Assembly (NCBI GenBank): GCA_041664925.1
Contig: JBAYJV010000001.1
Span: 361,183 to 425,182 of the forward strand
Reading direction: 5' to 3'
Source: Minisyncoccota bacterium
GTDB lineage: Bacteria > Patescibacteriota > Minisyncoccia > JBAYJV01
Length of the DNA stretch: 64,000 bases
The notes beneath the pieces were generated by a model, which was given only the letters and a program-made list of their open reading frames with translations, did not search any database and was not told the origin of the DNA. The translations under genes were made by a program, and so were the position numbers. Positions 18,663 through 29,213 of the stretch are shown here, in pieces. Every line of letters starts with the position of its first letter. Position 1 is the first letter of the stretch.

Positions 18663-19733
18663 TTAATTTATGACAAGATTTGGATTTACTTCCAAATATT
18701 TCCAGTTATTTTTTGATTTTGATATTATCTCAGAATTGAAATAAGCTGCTAAGGCGATGATTGATGCGTTATCGCCACAATACCTTTTTTGAGGCAAGTA
18801 AATGGTTTGTTCAAGATTAATCTTACCTATAGCATCTCTCAGCGCTTGATTAGCAAGGACACCGCCTCCTAAGAATATACTTTTTGGATTGAATTCTATG
18901 ATTGCAGATTTTAGTTTTGCAATCAAAGTATCTATAACAGATTGCTGGAAACTAGCAGCTAAGTTTTTAATGGTAATATCGTCAATTTTTTTCTGGCCTT
19001 TGTTATTTTTTTGAATTTCTCTGACCTTATATAAAACAGCGGTTTTTAGACCAGCAAAGGAAAAATTATAATTACCAGAATTTATCATTGGTCTTGGAAA
19101 GTCAAAAGTTCGTGGATTGCCATCTTTTGCAATTTTTTCAATAATTGGTCCACCGGGGTAGCCTAGACCGAGCAATCGAGCTACTTTATCAAATGCTTCT
19201 CCTGCGGCATCGTCCAGAGTTTCTCCCAAAAGTTTATAACTACCAATCTTATTTATTAAGATTAATTCTGTGTGTCCCCCAGAAACAATAAGACCAATAG
19301 CAGGGAACAAGGGCAATTTAACGTCTATTTTCTGATCCAAGCTCAATAAGCCAGAGTACAAATGACCGTCCAAATGATTTGTTCCAATAATCGGCTTTTG
19401 ATATTTATACGCAAGCGCTTTAGCAAAAGCGACGCCCACAAGTAAGCACGGCATTAATCCCGGTCCATGCGTTATAGCAATTAAATCAACCATCTTCATT
19501 ATTTTTTCTATGTCCCTTTTTGTTTCCTTAAATAGAATCGGCAGATTCTTTATATGTTCTCTCGCTGCCAAACCTGGAACAACTCCGCCAAAGGGCTCAT
19601 GGGTTTTTATTTGAGATGCAACCTTATCTGCTAAGATATTAATCTTTAGAGATCCTCTTGTTCCTTGTTTATTAAATTCAACCAAAGCTATGGCTGTTTC
19701 ATCACACGATGTTTCTATGCCTAAAATATTCAT
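18663..19733 (-). CDS. tsaD: tRNA N6-adenosine threonylcarbamoyltransferase TsaD (Kae1/YgjD family)
   Basis: MNILGIETSCDETAIAL N-terminus and ...HLDGHLYS... metal-binding histidines. ORF track starts 33 nt earlier, at 19766. Confidence 0.85.
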   Translation of the reverse strand: MNILGIETSCDETAIALVEFNKQGTRGSLKINILADKVASQIKTHEPFGGVVPGLAAREHIKNLPILFKETKRDIEKIMKMVDLIAITHGPGLMPCLLVGVAFAKALAYKYQKPIIGTNHLDGHLYSGLLSLDQKIDVKLPLFPAIGLIVSGGHTELILINKIGSYKLLGETLDDAAGEAFDKVARLLGLGYPGGPIIEKIAKDGNPRTFDFPRPMINSGNYNFSFAGLKTAVLYKVREIQKNNKGQKKIDDITIKNLAASFQQSVIDTLIAKLKSAIIEFNPKSIFLGGGVLANQALRDAIGKINLEQTIYLPQKRYCGDNASIIALAAYFNSEIISKSKNNWKYLEVNPNLVIN

Positions 19734-19845
19734 GTTTATACTGAATTTTAAACTTAAATAACGCAAAAATCAAATATAAACACAAAATCTCGCTATTAAA
19801 CGAGATTTTGATTTTTGTCAGATAAATTTCAATTGAGCGGCAGAG

Positions 19846-19919
19846 CGGATTTGAACCGCCGACCTTCTCCTTGGCAAGGAGACGTTCTAGCCAACTGAAC
19901 TACTGCCGCATTTTTATAA
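19846..19919 (-). tRNA. tRNA-Gly (anticodon GCC)
   Basis: Acceptor GCGGCAG, anticodon loop TTGCCAA, discriminator U. Confidence 0.8.
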
Positions 19920-19925
19920 TCTGTG

Positions 19926-19998
19926 TGCCGTGAGAGGGAATTGAACCCCCGACGCAAGGCTCTTCAGGCCTTCGCTCTACCACTGAGCTACCACGGCT
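19926..19998 (-). tRNA. tRNA-Phe (anticodon GAA)
   Basis: Anticodon loop CTGAAGA, T-loop TTCAATT, discriminator A. Confidence 0.75.
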
Positions 19999-20009
19999 CA
20001 TAATGAATG

Positions 20010-20082
20010 CGCCCCCACGGGGAATCGAACCCCGGTTTTCAGGATGAAAACCTGACGTCCTAGGCCTCTAGACGATAGGGGC
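20010..20082 (-). tRNA. tRNA-Glu (anticodon TTC)
   Basis: 5' GCCCCTATCGTCTAGAGGCCTAGGAC typical of tRNA-Glu. Anticodon loop TTTTCAT. Confidence 0.8.
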
Positions 20083-20205
20083 ATCAATTAATTTTTGACA
20101 AACAATAGAAGTATTTTAAATGATAACTGAAAAATGAAAAAAATCAAGCCCTTTCTTACTACTATGATGCTTTTATCTTATTTGACCAATGTTATCTTGT
20201 TTCTT

Positions 20206-20234
20206 CTACCCAAAAAGCTCCCGAAGGAGCTTCT
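20206..20234 (-). terminator. rho-independent terminator downstream of hup
   Basis: On the minus strand, hairpin AAGCTCC-TTCG-GGAGCTT followed by a TTTTTGGG T-run. Confidence 0.55.
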
Positions 20235-20283
20235 TGAGTTCGATTTACGATCTTATCTTTGACCGCATGCCATCAAAGAAAGA

Positions 20284-20556
20284 TTACTTAACAGCAGTTT
20301 TAAGAGCTTTACCAGGCTTGAATTTTGGAACACGGGCGGCAGCAATTTTAATGCTTGCGCCTGTCTGAGGATTGCGGCCTGTGCGAGCTTTTCTGTCGTA
20401 AGTCTTGAAGGTACCAAATCCTGTGAAGGTAATGCCATCGCCCTTTTTAAGAGCAACAGTGATACCGTCTAAAGTAGCATCGATGCACTTCTTAACTTGA
20501 GCTTTAGCTAAAGCAGTTTTTGAAGCGACATGATCGATTAGAGCTTGTTTTGTCAT
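20284..20556 (-). CDS. hup: HU-family nucleoid-associated DNA-binding protein
   Basis: 90 aa: ...GFGTFKTYDRKARTGRNPQTGASIKI... HU arm signature. Confidence 0.85.
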   Translation of the reverse strand: MTKQALIDHVASKTALAKAQVKKCIDATLDGITVALKKGDGITFTGFGTFKTYDRKARTGRNPQTGASIKIAAARVPKFKPGKALKTAVK

Positions 20557-20617
20557 TTGTTTTCACCTCCTTTCATCGCCCACAATGGGGCTTTAGAGAT
20601 TAATTTGTATTGTATGT

Positions 20618-22135
20618 TTATCTAGCAAACTCAATAGCGCGAGTTTCTCTAATTACATTTACTTTAATTTCACCGGGATAAACCATTTCTTTCTCTATTT
20701 TTTCCGCGATTTTTTTAGCTAATTGATATGCTTCTAAATCGCTAATTTTTTCTGCATCGACAAAGACTCTTATTTCACGACCCGCTTGAATGGCGTAAGT
20801 TTTCTTAACACCATCAAAGTTGTTACTAAGGCTTTCTAATTCTTCAAGTCTTTTAATATAAGCTTCGTAATTTTCTCTTCTTACGCCTGGGCGTGAAGCA
20901 GAAAGAGCATCAGCTACCTGGATAACACGAGATTCGATATCGGTGAAGGGATAATCTTCGTGATGAGAAATTACAGCGTCAATAATTTTTTGATCAACCT
21001 TAAATTTCTCCAAAATTTTCTTGCCAATTTCTACATGAGAACCTTCAACTTCGTGGCTGACGGCCTTGCCAATATCATGAAGAATGGCAGCCCTTTTTGC
21101 AATACCGACATTGGCGCCCAACTCTTCGGCCATAATGGCACTTATGCCCGCAACTTCAATCGAGTGGCGCAAGATATTTTGACCAAAACTGGTTCTGAAA
21201 TAGAGCATGCCGATAAGATAGACTAATTGTGGGTCAAAATCAGCAATACCTAATTCATAAACAGCTTCTTCTCCGAGTTGGCGGATTTTTTCAGTGAATT
21301 CTTCTTTTACTTTAGTAACAATCTCTTCTATGCGAGCTGGTTGAATTCTGCCGTCAATGATTAATCTTTCAAGGGCAACCTTGGCTATCTGTCTTCGTAA
21401 TGGACTAAATGACGAAATAACTACTGCATCGGGAGTTTCATCAATAATTAATTCAACGCCAGTTGCTTTTTGGAAAGTACGAATATTACGACCTTCTTTT
21501 CCAATAATACGTCCCTTAACATCTTCATCTTTAATGGCCACAGTTGTCGTGGTGAATTCTTCGGCCTGGGAAGTAACAATTCTCTGCATTGACTGAGCTA
21601 TGAGATCAGCCGCTTTTTGGTCGATTTCTTCGTGTTTATGTTTTTCAAGTTTTTTAATGAGCTCAGTAATGATTTCTTCGTTTTCCTTTTCGGCCATAGT
21701 CATTACTTTTTCTTTAGCTTGCTTTACTGTTAGTTTTGCAATGCTTTGGAGTTTTTCTTGAGCTTCCTTTTCGATTGCTTGAACATTTTTTTGAATCTCT
21801 TTGATTTTCTCTACTTTCTCTAGTAAAGATTTTTTCTGGCGATCAATTTCTTCTAAATCTTTTTCAATTCTTTCTTCTCGAACAGCTAAGCGTTCTTCTT
21901 GCCTATTGAGTTGCTTCTGTCTTTCTTGTTCCTCTATCTTTACCTTCTCGAGAGTGTCTATAGCCTTCTTTTTCGCCTGAAGAATCATTTGCTGTGTTTC
22001 TTCGCGAGCTTTTCTTAAGAGTTCATTGGCTCGTTTTTCACTCGAACCAACTTTTCTAAGAGATAACCAATGACGGAAGAGGTATCCAGCAAAAACACCT
22101 AAAACTATCGCTATTGCTGCAAAATAATTACTCAT
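20618..22135 (-). CDS. rny: ribonuclease Y
   Basis: N-terminal TM helix, coiled-coil, KH domain (GRIIGKEGRNIRTFQKATGV), HD domain (HSIEVAGISAIMA...LHDIGK). Confidence 0.85.
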   Translation of the reverse strand: MSNYFAAIAIVLGVFAGYLFRHWLSLRKVGSSEKRANELLRKAREETQQMILQAKKKAIDTLEKVKIEEQERQKQLNRQEERLAVREERIEKDLEEIDRQKKSLLEKVEKIKEIQKNVQAIEKEAQEKLQSIAKLTVKQAKEKVMTMAEKENEEIITELIKKLEKHKHEEIDQKAADLIAQSMQRIVTSQAEEFTTTTVAIKDEDVKGRIIGKEGRNIRTFQKATGVELIIDETPDAVVISSFSPLRRQIAKVALERLIIDGRIQPARIEEIVTKVKEEFTEKIRQLGEEAVYELGIADFDPQLVYLIGMLYFRTSFGQNILRHSIEVAGISAIMAEELGANVGIAKRAAILHDIGKAVSHEVEGSHVEIGKKILEKFKVDQKIIDAVISHHEDYPFTDIESRVIQVADALSASRPGVRRENYEAYIKRLEELESLSNNFDGVKKTYAIQAGREIRVFVDAEKISDLEAYQLAKKIAEKIEKEMVYPGEIKVNVIRETRAIEFAR

Positions 22136-22190
22136 ATGCGTTCTTTCTTTTTGTCAGAACTTCTATCTAGACCTTCAATAACAAGGAATA

Positions 22191-22778
22191 CTAACGTTTT
22201 TTTGTTGTTACGATTTTATCTACCAAGTGATAATCTATAGCCTCGTCAGCAGTAAGATAAAAATCGCGATCTGTATCTTTCTCTATTTTCGCCAGCGTCT
22301 GACCAGTGTGATGCGCCAAGATCTTATTAATCTTTTTCTTGATACTCAAGATATGTCTGGCTGAAATTTCGATTTCCGTTGCTTGTCCTTGAGCTCCACC
22401 CATAACTTGATGTAGCATTGCTTCGGCGTGGGGGAGCATAAACCTTTTTCCTTTAGTTCCAGAAGTTAGCAATAGAGCAGCGGCTGAAGCGGCGAGACCA
22501 GTACAAATAGTAGAAACATCACACTGTACATGTTGCACTGTGTCATAAATTGCTAGTGCTGCTGTAACTGAACCTCCGGGACTATTAATATAGAGCTTGA
22601 TATCTTTCTTGGAATCTTGACTCTCCAAAAAAAGAATCTGGGCTATGACAATATTGGCAACTTCGTCATTAATAAGCCCAGAGATAAAAACGATACGCTC
22701 TTTAAGTAGGCGTGAATAGATATCATAAGCTCTTTCGCCACCGTGAGTTTTTTCGATAACTGTAGGAATTAGGTTCAT
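22191..22778 (-). CDS. clpP: ATP-dependent Clp protease proteolytic subunit
   Basis: MNLIPTVIE...RIVFISG...[17 protein letters not shown] with catalytic Ser/His/Asp context. Confidence 0.9.
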   Translation of the reverse strand: MNLIPTVIEKTHGGERAYDIYSRLLKERIVFISGLINDEVANIVIAQILFLESQDSKKDIKLYINSPGGSVTAALAIYDTVQHVQCDVSTICTGLAASAAALLLTSGTKGKRFMLPHAEAMLHQVMGGAQGQATEIEISARHILSIKKKINKILAHHTGQTLAKIEKDTDRDFYLTADEAIDYHLVDKIVTTKKR

Positions 22779-22802
22779 CTTACGGTCTAAAAAGAAATCT
22801 TA

Positions 22803-24086
22803 CTAATTTACACAAATATTTTTTTCCAAAAGCCAATCGATGACCTTCTGATTGGTTAAGTATTCAAAAGTATAACTCTCTAATTTGTCCAAGTCAATAT
22901 CTTTGAGGCTTTTCTGAGAATTTTGACTTTTTTTGAGCCATTCATTAATTTCTTTTTCAACTTCCTCATGTTTCGGGAAAAGCTCTTCTGTCTTGGCGAT
23001 TTCGTTAATAACAAATGTTGAATTAAGGCGATCTATGGCATTTTTATGAAAATTTTTCTCCAGTTCTTTATCAGTAGCTTTAACCTGCTTAAGATAGTCT
23101 TTGATCGTTATATTTTTTTCTTTCAACTGCGCCTCAAAATCTTCCTTGATTTTTTCTTCCTCTTTTTGGATCAAAATCTGAGGAAGCTCAATAGATGAAA
23201 TTTTAATAATTCTATCAAAAATCTCCTTTTTGATTCGCATTGTTTCCTGTTGATCTTTTTCCTGCCTCAATCCATCCCTGAGAGATTTTTTAATTTCATC
23301 TAGATTTTTAAAATCTCCTAAAGATTTAGCAAATTCATCATTAAGAGTAGGTAAGACTACTTCTTTAATAGAATTTAAGGTTACGCTAAAATCTATTTTT
23401 TTTCCTGCAAAATCTTTCTGAGGCCATTCTTTGGGAAAACTAATTTGGAATGATTTTTTCTCACCAATTATCATGCCAAGTAATTGTTTTTCAAAATCGG
23501 GATGGAGCTTGCTCTTTCCCAATCTTAGGGGATAGTGACTAGAAGAACCTTCTTCGTTTTTTTTGCCTTCAAAAAAAGCCTCAAAACTAATATCTAAGAG
23601 ATTATCTTTTTCGGCTGGTTTACTAGAATCATTAAAACTCGCGCGGGATTGTCTTAAAAATTCTAGGGCTTTATCAATCTCTTGCTCATCAACATCAATG
23701 ATCTTTTTCTTTATATTTAGATCTTGGTATTTACCAAGTCTTATATTTGGATATGACACTACAGTAACTTCGTATTCAAAAACATCACCAGGAACCGATT
23801 TTAGTATTTTTACCTCTGGTCTCAAAACTGGTTTTATGCTTTCCTTTTCTATTGCCTTGGTTAGGGTTCTGGTTAAGGCGTGCTCCTCATAAAGGTCAAA
23901 GATGCGGCCCTTAGCATTCTTTTCAATGATTGATTCAGGAACATTGCCCTTGCGAAATCCTTTGTGCGCAAAATTTGATTTTATCTGCTGAAATGCATGT
24001 TTGTAACATATTTCAGCTTCAGATTTTTCTAGACTAACGCTTATTTTAATTTCTCCATTAGATCCAACTGATTTACTTGTTTTCAT
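22803..24086 (-). CDS. tig: trigger factor
   Basis: N-terminal ribosome-binding motif GFRKGNVP and overall domain length; follows clpP as is typical. Confidence 0.8.
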   Translation of the reverse strand: MKTSKSVGSNGEIKISVSLEKSEAEICYKHAFQQIKSNFAHKGFRKGNVPESIIEKNAKGRIFDLYEEHALTRTLTKAIEKESIKPVLRPEVKILKSVPGDVFEYEVTVVSYPNIRLGKYQDLNIKKKIIDVDEQEIDKALEFLRQSRASFNDSSKPAEKDNLLDISFEAFFEGKKNEEGSSSHYPLRLGKSKLHPDFEKQLLGMIIGEKKSFQISFPKEWPQKDFAGKKIDFSVTLNSIKEVVLPTLNDEFAKSLGDFKNLDEIKKSLRDGLRQEKDQQETMRIKKEIFDRIIKISSIELPQILIQKEEEKIKEDFEAQLKEKNITIKDYLKQVKATDKELEKNFHKNAIDRLNSTFVINEIAKTEELFPKHEEVEKEINEWLKKSQNSQKSLKDIDLDKLESYTFEYLTNQKVIDWLLEKNICVN

Positions 24087-25257
24087 CTTTTTTTGCTTTT
24101 GATTTTGATGATTTTTTCTCGCTTTTCTTTACTTTACTTTTTTCTTCAATCTTTTCGTCAGTTTTAATTTCTTCTGGTTTTATTTCGATTGGTTGATTTT
24201 TATCAGAGGAAACATCAATCTTGCAACCAGTGAGCTTAGCGGCCAATCTTACGTTTTGTCCGCCTTTTCCAATGGCTAAGGAAAGTTGATCGTCAGCAAC
24301 AACGACTTTTGCTATGTTTTCTTTTTTGTCAATTTTTACATCTAAAACCTTTGCGGGAGCAAGAGCGTTAGAAATAAGTTCTTGAGGATTTTCGGACCAA
24401 AGAATAATATCAATATTTTCTCCACCCAACTCACTAATGACAGCAGAAATGCGAGTTCCTCTTTGACCAACACATGCTCCAATTGGATCTATTCCTTCTT
24501 CTTTAGAAACAACAGCAACTTTTGATCTTTTACCAGCTTCTCTAGCAATAGCTTCAATTTTTACGCTTCCGTTTGCAACTTCAGGGATTTCAAATTCTAA
24601 AAGTTTTTTAAGGAATTCTGAACGATTTCTTGAAAGAAAAATAACAGGACCACGAGCATCTTCTTTGATACTTAAAAGCAGAAACTTAAGCCTTTGGCCA
24701 ATATTGTATCTTTCGTTGGGAACTTGTTCTTGAGGTGGCAAAATACCATTCGTTCTGCCAATGTCAATATAGACGACTCCATGCTCTTCTCTTTGGACAA
24801 TGCCGCTAATAGCGTCACCTTCTTTAGTTTTATATTCGCCAATAGTGATATCTCTTTCGATCTCTTTAATTTTTTGAATAATAACCTGTTTGGCAGTTTG
24901 AGTGGCGATTCTGCCATAATCATCAATGACCTTGAGAGGAATTACCACGGTATCTCCAACTTTAATGCTTTTCTTTTTCTTTTTTGCATCCTCGAGCATT
25001 ATTTGTTTTTTTGGATTAAATTTCTTTTCCTCTTCTTCAAGAGATTCTTCGGTTACAACGGTAAGTTCTTGCCAGACCTCGGTTTGTCCGCCATCTGGGT
25101 CAAGTTTTGCCTTAACTTTGCAACTTTGAAGATCGTTTTCTTTTTTGTATGCTGCTGCAATAGCGTATTCTACTGCTTCCAACACTTTTTCTTTTGGGAT
25201 GTTCTTTTCAGCAGCTAGTTGTTCAATAGCGATGAGAAATTGTTTAATATCAAGCAT
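24073..25257 (-). CDS. nusA: transcription termination/antitermination factor NusA with Lys-rich C-terminal tail
   Basis: N-terminal domain, S1 domain, and two KH domains (GACVGQRGTRI... and IGKGGQNVRLAAKLTG). ORF track extends to 25293 through AT-rich sequence; MLDIKQF is the likely true start. Confidence 0.85.
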   Translation of the reverse strand: MLDIKQFLIAIEQLAAEKNIPKEKVLEAVEYAIAAAYKKENDLQSCKVKAKLDPDGGQTEVWQELTVVTEESLEEEEKKFNPKKQIMLEDAKKKKKSIKVGDTVVIPLKVIDDYGRIATQTAKQVIIQKIKEIERDITIGEYKTKEGDAISGIVQREEHGVVYIDIGRTNGILPPQEQVPNERYNIGQRLKFLLLSIKEDARGPVIFLSRNRSEFLKKLLEFEIPEVANGSVKIEAIAREAGKRSKVAVVSKEEGIDPIGACVGQRGTRISAVISELGGENIDIILWSENPQELISNALAPAKVLDVKIDKKENIAKVVVADDQLSLAIGKGGQNVRLAAKLTGCKIDVSSDKNQPIEIKPEEIKTDEKIEEKSKVKKSEKKSSKSKAKKDENK

Positions 25258-25504
25258 GTTAATGTAATACGGATAATAATTTATATAAAACAAAAAAAAC
25301 AGTAATCATATCTATTCTATAATATCAAATATCAAGTATAGGCGAGAAATCAAGCAGTGTCAATGAACATGGGCACTAGAGGACTCGTTCTGAACCAGAG
25401 CAGAGCACGGTTCAGGACTAATCTGAAGTATGTTTTATTCTACTTTTCAGGGCAAACCTATGACCTCTATGGTGTTTTATTTGGGGTACTCTATTTCTTA
25501 TGCG

Positions 25505-25578
25505 TGGGCACTATAGGATTCGAACCTATGACCTTCTGGATGTAAACCAGACGCTCTAACCAACTGAGCTAAGTGCCC
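25505..25578 (-). tRNA. tRNA-Val (anticodon TAC)
   Basis: Acceptor GGGCACT, anticodon loop TTTACAT, T-loop TTCGAAT. Confidence 0.8.
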
Positions 25579-25843
25579 GCCTTCGCCAAGGCTTCGATCG
25601 GGCAAGCCCTTAAATTTTGAAGAAATCCCTACAAGAGCTAATTTATCACTATTTATGCTAATAATCAAGCAATTAGGTTTAACGAGTCGCGAGTTCCGAG
25701 TTGTGGGTTTCGTATTGTCATTTAATTCAAAAAGAACATCGTGGTTTTATTATTTTGATTTTTATCACATTTTTTGTTATAACAGAAATAATAATTGAAA
25801 ATTGTATCATTTAAAAATTGATTGAAAATTTGAAATTTGGAAT

Positions 25844-26827
25844 TTGAAAATTAATCATACTATGTTTGACATTACTACAATCGGGACAGCAACGAGAGAT
25901 ATCTTTTTTAAATCAGATGATTTTAAAATTCTGGACGATTTGCGTTTTGTGAACGGTAAATCAATGGCTTTTGAGGCAGGGGCAAAAACCGAGATAAAGG
26001 AAATGATCTTTGAAACAGGCGGTGGAGCGACGAATAGCGCTGTTACATTTGCAAGACTTGGTCTAAAAACTGCTATTTGTTGCAAAGTGGGGAATGATTT
26101 AGCGGCAAAAAATATAATAGAAGTGCTAAAAAAAGAAAAAATAAAAACTGGTTTAATAAAACAAGATAAATTAAATCCAACAAGTGTTTCAATAATATTT
26201 CTAAGTGATTCAGGAGAGAGGAATGTGTTTGTGTATAGAGGGGCCATGATTGGCAAAGATGACATTTTATTTAAAAAGATAAAAACTAAATGGCTTTATG
26301 TTTCGTCGGTTGGTGGCAATATTGATTTGCTTGATAAAATTGCGGAATTTGTAATCAGTAAAAACATAAAGCTTGCTCTAAATCCTGGAAGCAAAGAATT
26401 AAATTTTGGCTCTAAAAAATTGTTCAATATATTTAATGCTACGACAATATTAATTTTAAACAGAAAAGAAGCATCCGATCTTATGGGTATTCCTTATAAT
26501 TTTAGGAAAACAATTTTTAGGCGCTCTTGCGGATTAACACCAGGAATAGAAGTGATTACTGATGGTCCCGATGGCGCTTACGTAGCTGACGAAGGACAGT
26601 CTTATAAAATAGGAATCTATAATTGGCCATTAGTTGATCGATTGGGAGCAGGGGATGCGTTTGGTTCAGGATTTGTGGGGGGGTATATTAAATACCATGA
26701 TGTCACTAAAGCACTTCAATATGCGGCGACCAATGGATCGTCGGTTGTGACAAAAATAGGCGCAAAAGCGGGGATTATAAAACATTTTCCACCTGAGCCG
26801 CTAGATGTAAAAATAGAAGCATTATAA
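25844..26827 (+). CDS. PfkB-family carbohydrate/nucleoside kinase (ribokinase-like)
   Basis: N-terminal TIGTATRDIF, GGGATNSAV, C-terminal GAGDAFGSGFVGG anion-hole motif. Confidence 0.7.
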   Translation: MKINHTMFDITTIGTATRDIFFKSDDFKILDDLRFVNGKSMAFEAGAKTEIKEMIFETGGGATNSAVTFARLGLKTAICCKVGNDLAAKNIIEVLKKEKIKTGLIKQDKLNPTSVSIIFLSDSGERNVFVYRGAMIGKDDILFKKIKTKWLYVSSVGGNIDLLDKIAEFVISKNIKLALNPGSKELNFGSKKLFNIFNATTILILNRKEASDLMGIPYNFRKTIFRRSCGLTPGIEVITDGPDGAYVADEGQSYKIGIYNWPLVDRLGAGDAFGSGFVGGYIKYHDVTKALQYAATNGSSVVTKIGAKAGIIKHFPPEPLDVKIEAL

Positions 26828-26880
26828 TATTAAAAAAAGAACTTTTTTTGCGAAAGTCCCTTTTTTGTTTTTTAGATGAC

Positions 26881-27216
26881 TTACTCGCCTTGTTTTATAA
26901 AATCAATTTGCTTTTGAGACATGCAATAACTAAGACAAGTCTCGATAGAGGGAAAATCTCTATTTTCTTCAACAAATTCTGACTTATATCCCCATGGACG
27001 ATATTCCCAAAGACTACTGCTTTTATTAAAGTAGCAAACACGATAACATTCTTTTAAAAACCCTCTGTGATATGTATATTTTACAATAAGTGCCGAGGTT
27101 GCTATCGCTATGAGAAAGATAAGGATAATTACTAAAACTATTAAAAAAGTCTTCCGTTTATTGTTATTTTTTTTCCTGTCTTTTAAAACAACAGTTTTTC
27201 TGTTATTTTTTTTCAT
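26881..27216 (-). CDS. hypothetical single-pass membrane protein with 4-Cys ectodomain
   Basis: Lys/Asn-rich N-terminus, one TM helix, C-terminal CYRVCY...CLSYC. Confidence 0.25.
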   Translation of the reverse strand: MKKNNRKTVVLKDRKKNNNKRKTFLIVLVIILIFLIAIATSALIVKYTYHRGFLKECYRVCYFNKSSSLWEYRPWGYKSEFVEENRDFPSIETCLSYCMSQKQIDFIKQGE

Positions 27217-27559
27217 GTTTTTTAAAAAACAATTTTCTATACTTATTTCTCAATTTTTGTAATCTTTTTTCAACATAAATTATTTTCCACCAAAAGAATC
27301 CTTGCCATAGCCCAAAAAATATTCCCACTAAGAATAAAATAACCGTTAGGATGCTGTGAAGAGAAAACCATTGCGCCCAAGACATGCCAAGACTATACTT
27401 ATTAAAATTCCCAACAAGAAGACCAATCCACCAAACTTCAAGACCGACATGAATCAGTCCTTGAAGAATAATTCCCAACAAAACAAATAATGTGATATAA
27501 ATAATCTTTTTAAGCATTATATAGTCATTATATCTTTTAAGGGAAATTTTATCAAACAA
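27203..27559 (-). CDS. hypothetical small polytopic membrane protein (3 TM)
   Basis: Hydrophobicity pattern only; overlaps the downstream gene by 14 bp (operon). Confidence 0.25.
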   Translation of the reverse strand: MFDKISLKRYNDYIMLKKIIYITLFVLLGIILQGLIHVGLEVWWIGLLVGNFNKYSLGMSWAQWFSLHSILTVILFLVGIFFGLWQGFFWWKIIYVEKRLQKLRNKYRKLFFKKHEKK

Positions 27560-27610
27560 CTAAAAAGACAGGCACTAGGCCTGTCTTTTTGCGAATCGTA
27601 TATATTTTTA

Positions 27611-28597
27611 TTAATTACAAGAACCAGCTGCTGCAGGCGTTGTCGTGGAACTTTCCTGAAGAGTCGTATTGCATACTTCTGGTTTTGTAGTAAAGGCACC
27701 ACATATTGCAGTTTGGTAATCGCTTATTGATCTAGAACCATCATAGTACATATCGTTAATGATGAGAGTTGGAGAACCAGAAATTTTTTCTGTTGCATTG
27801 CCTTGATGGCTTGTAGAATCTTGAACCTGATAATCTTTACTAGTTAAAACAACTTCTTGATCTAGAAGGGCAGTTGCTTCGTTTTTCTGACAAGTCTTAA
27901 TTTTGGCAACATCAATACCTAATTTTTTAGCAATTGCTTCCCATTTCGAATCAGAATCTTGAGCGGTACTATTAGCATTCATTTCTCCAACAAAGCTCCA
28001 TAATTTTTCTTTTTGGTATTTTTGAACGCAAAGTTCACGAACATCTTGATTTACTTCTTGGGTGCCATGCATTGAACAATATTTGTTTTCTTTATCAATG
28101 CAAAAATCAGGATAACCCGAAGAATAATTGCTGTAAATAACATAATGGAGTTCAATATCTGTTGTGTTTTTTAAAAGATTAACAACGGGAATTATTGCAT
28201 CTTCTGCTTGATTACCGTAAGGGCAATAAGACATAACAAACAATTTTACATTTGGCCTTTCTGTTTTGGAAATCTCCTTTGGTTTTGCGGGATTCAAATC
28301 AACTTTCTGGGGAAAAAGATAATTTCCATCAAGTGTGGCATAAGATTCATAACTTTGCCCTAAAACATTAAGGGAAACTTTATACAAAGAGCCTGATAGT
28401 TCAATTTTGTCTACAGAAACTTTACTTGGATCACCAACTTCTTTTCCAATGACCTCAACAATTTTTTTACTAACTGCTTCTTTTGAAAGAGCATTTGAGC
28501 CGCCTGGATTACCAAAATTTTGGTAGGCCAAAGCTGCAGCTAAAACTAAAACTATTCCTCCCAAAATGACTATTGGTAAAGTATTTTTTTTAGTCAT
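27611..28597 (-). CDS. secreted/membrane-anchored Cys-rich protein with thioredoxin-fold-like segment (DsbA-like, atypical CPYG motif)
   Basis: N-terminal TM anchor. FVMSYCPYGNQAED resembles a thioredoxin-fold active-site region but has a single Cys. Several Cys pairs lie further on. Confidence 0.3.
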   Translation of the reverse strand: MTKKNTLPIVILGGIVLVLAAALAYQNFGNPGGSNALSKEAVSKKIVEVIGKEVGDPSKVSVDKIELSGSLYKVSLNVLGQSYESYATLDGNYLFPQKVDLNPAKPKEISKTERPNVKLFVMSYCPYGNQAEDAIIPVVNLLKNTTDIELHYVIYSNYSSGYPDFCIDKENKYCSMHGTQEVNQDVRELCVQKYQKEKLWSFVGEMNANSTAQDSDSKWEAIAKKLGIDVAKIKTCQKNEATALLDQEVVLTSKDYQVQDSTSHQGNATEKISGSPTLIINDMYYDGSRSISDYQTAICGAFTTKPEVCNTTLQESSTTTPAAAGSCN

Positions 28598-28649
28598 AAT
28601 TTTTTATTTATTCCAAATTAATATATTAACCCTCCTTAGCTTGTATAGA

Positions 28650-28732
28650 TGCCCAGGACAGGACTTGAACCTGCACGCTCAAAAGAGCCAAGCTCCTCAA
28701 GCTTGTGTGTATACCAATTCCACCACCTGGGC
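28650..28732 (-). tRNA. tRNA-Leu (anticodon GAG), long variable arm
   Basis: Acceptor GCCCAGG, anticodon loop TTGAGGA. 3' half is near-identical to tRNA-Leu(TAG). Confidence 0.8.
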
Positions 28733-28754
28733 TTGCTAATTATTCAATGATTAT

Positions 28755-29213
28755 TTATTTTTTCGTATCAGTAACAACATCTTTTGTTCCTTCTCTATCT
28801 TTTTCTTTTGAGATACCTTCTGGTTTAACTTTATTATTTCCTGTTTTTTTTCCTGAACCTTGTTCGAGCCTGAGTCTCTTTTGAATTTCCTTTTCTGTCT
28901 TTTTTCTTACCCAGTAAAGTTTTGCCTTGCTGACACGTTTCGGCTTTTTAACAATTTCAATCTTTTTAATGCTTGGCGAATATAGTGGAAAAATCTTTTC
29001 AACACCTATACCAGAAATTACTCGACGTACCGTAAAAGTAGCACCTGTTTCATCTCCGTGCTTTCTAGCTATGACAAGACCTTCAAAAGATTGAATTCTT
29101 TTTTTGTCTCCCTCTTCGATTTCTTGAAAAACTTTTACAAGATCTCCAGCTCTAAAGCCTAGTAAATCTTGTCTTTTTTGATTCGTAAGTAATTTATTTA
29201 CTGAATTTGTCAT
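28755..29213 (-). CDS. rplS: 50S ribosomal protein L19 with Lys-rich C-terminal extension
   Basis: FRAGDLVKV...EGLVIARKHGD...FTVRRVISGIGVE core L19 motifs. Confidence 0.85.
   Translation of the reverse strand: MTNSVNKLLTNQKRQDLLGFRAGDLVKVFQEIEEGDKKRIQSFEGLVIARKHGDETGATFTVRRVISGIGVEKIFPLYSPSIKKIEIVKKPKRVSKAKLYWVRKKTEKEIQKRLRLEQGSGKKTGNNKVKPEGISKEKDREGTKDVVTDTKK

Noticed and set aside
24694-25218. 174-aa + strand ORF inside nusA, and similar antisense ORFs inside gyrA, valS, rny, ftsH, groEL, pnp and others
   Set aside because: They lie fully inside well-supported genes on the opposite strand or in a shifted frame, with low-complexity composition typical of antisense AT-rich sequence.
25357-25545. 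62-aa ORF (MSMNMGTRGLVLNQ...)
   Set aside because: It overlaps the tRNA-Val(TAC) gene on the opposite strand and the intergenic region, with no RBS. Spurious.
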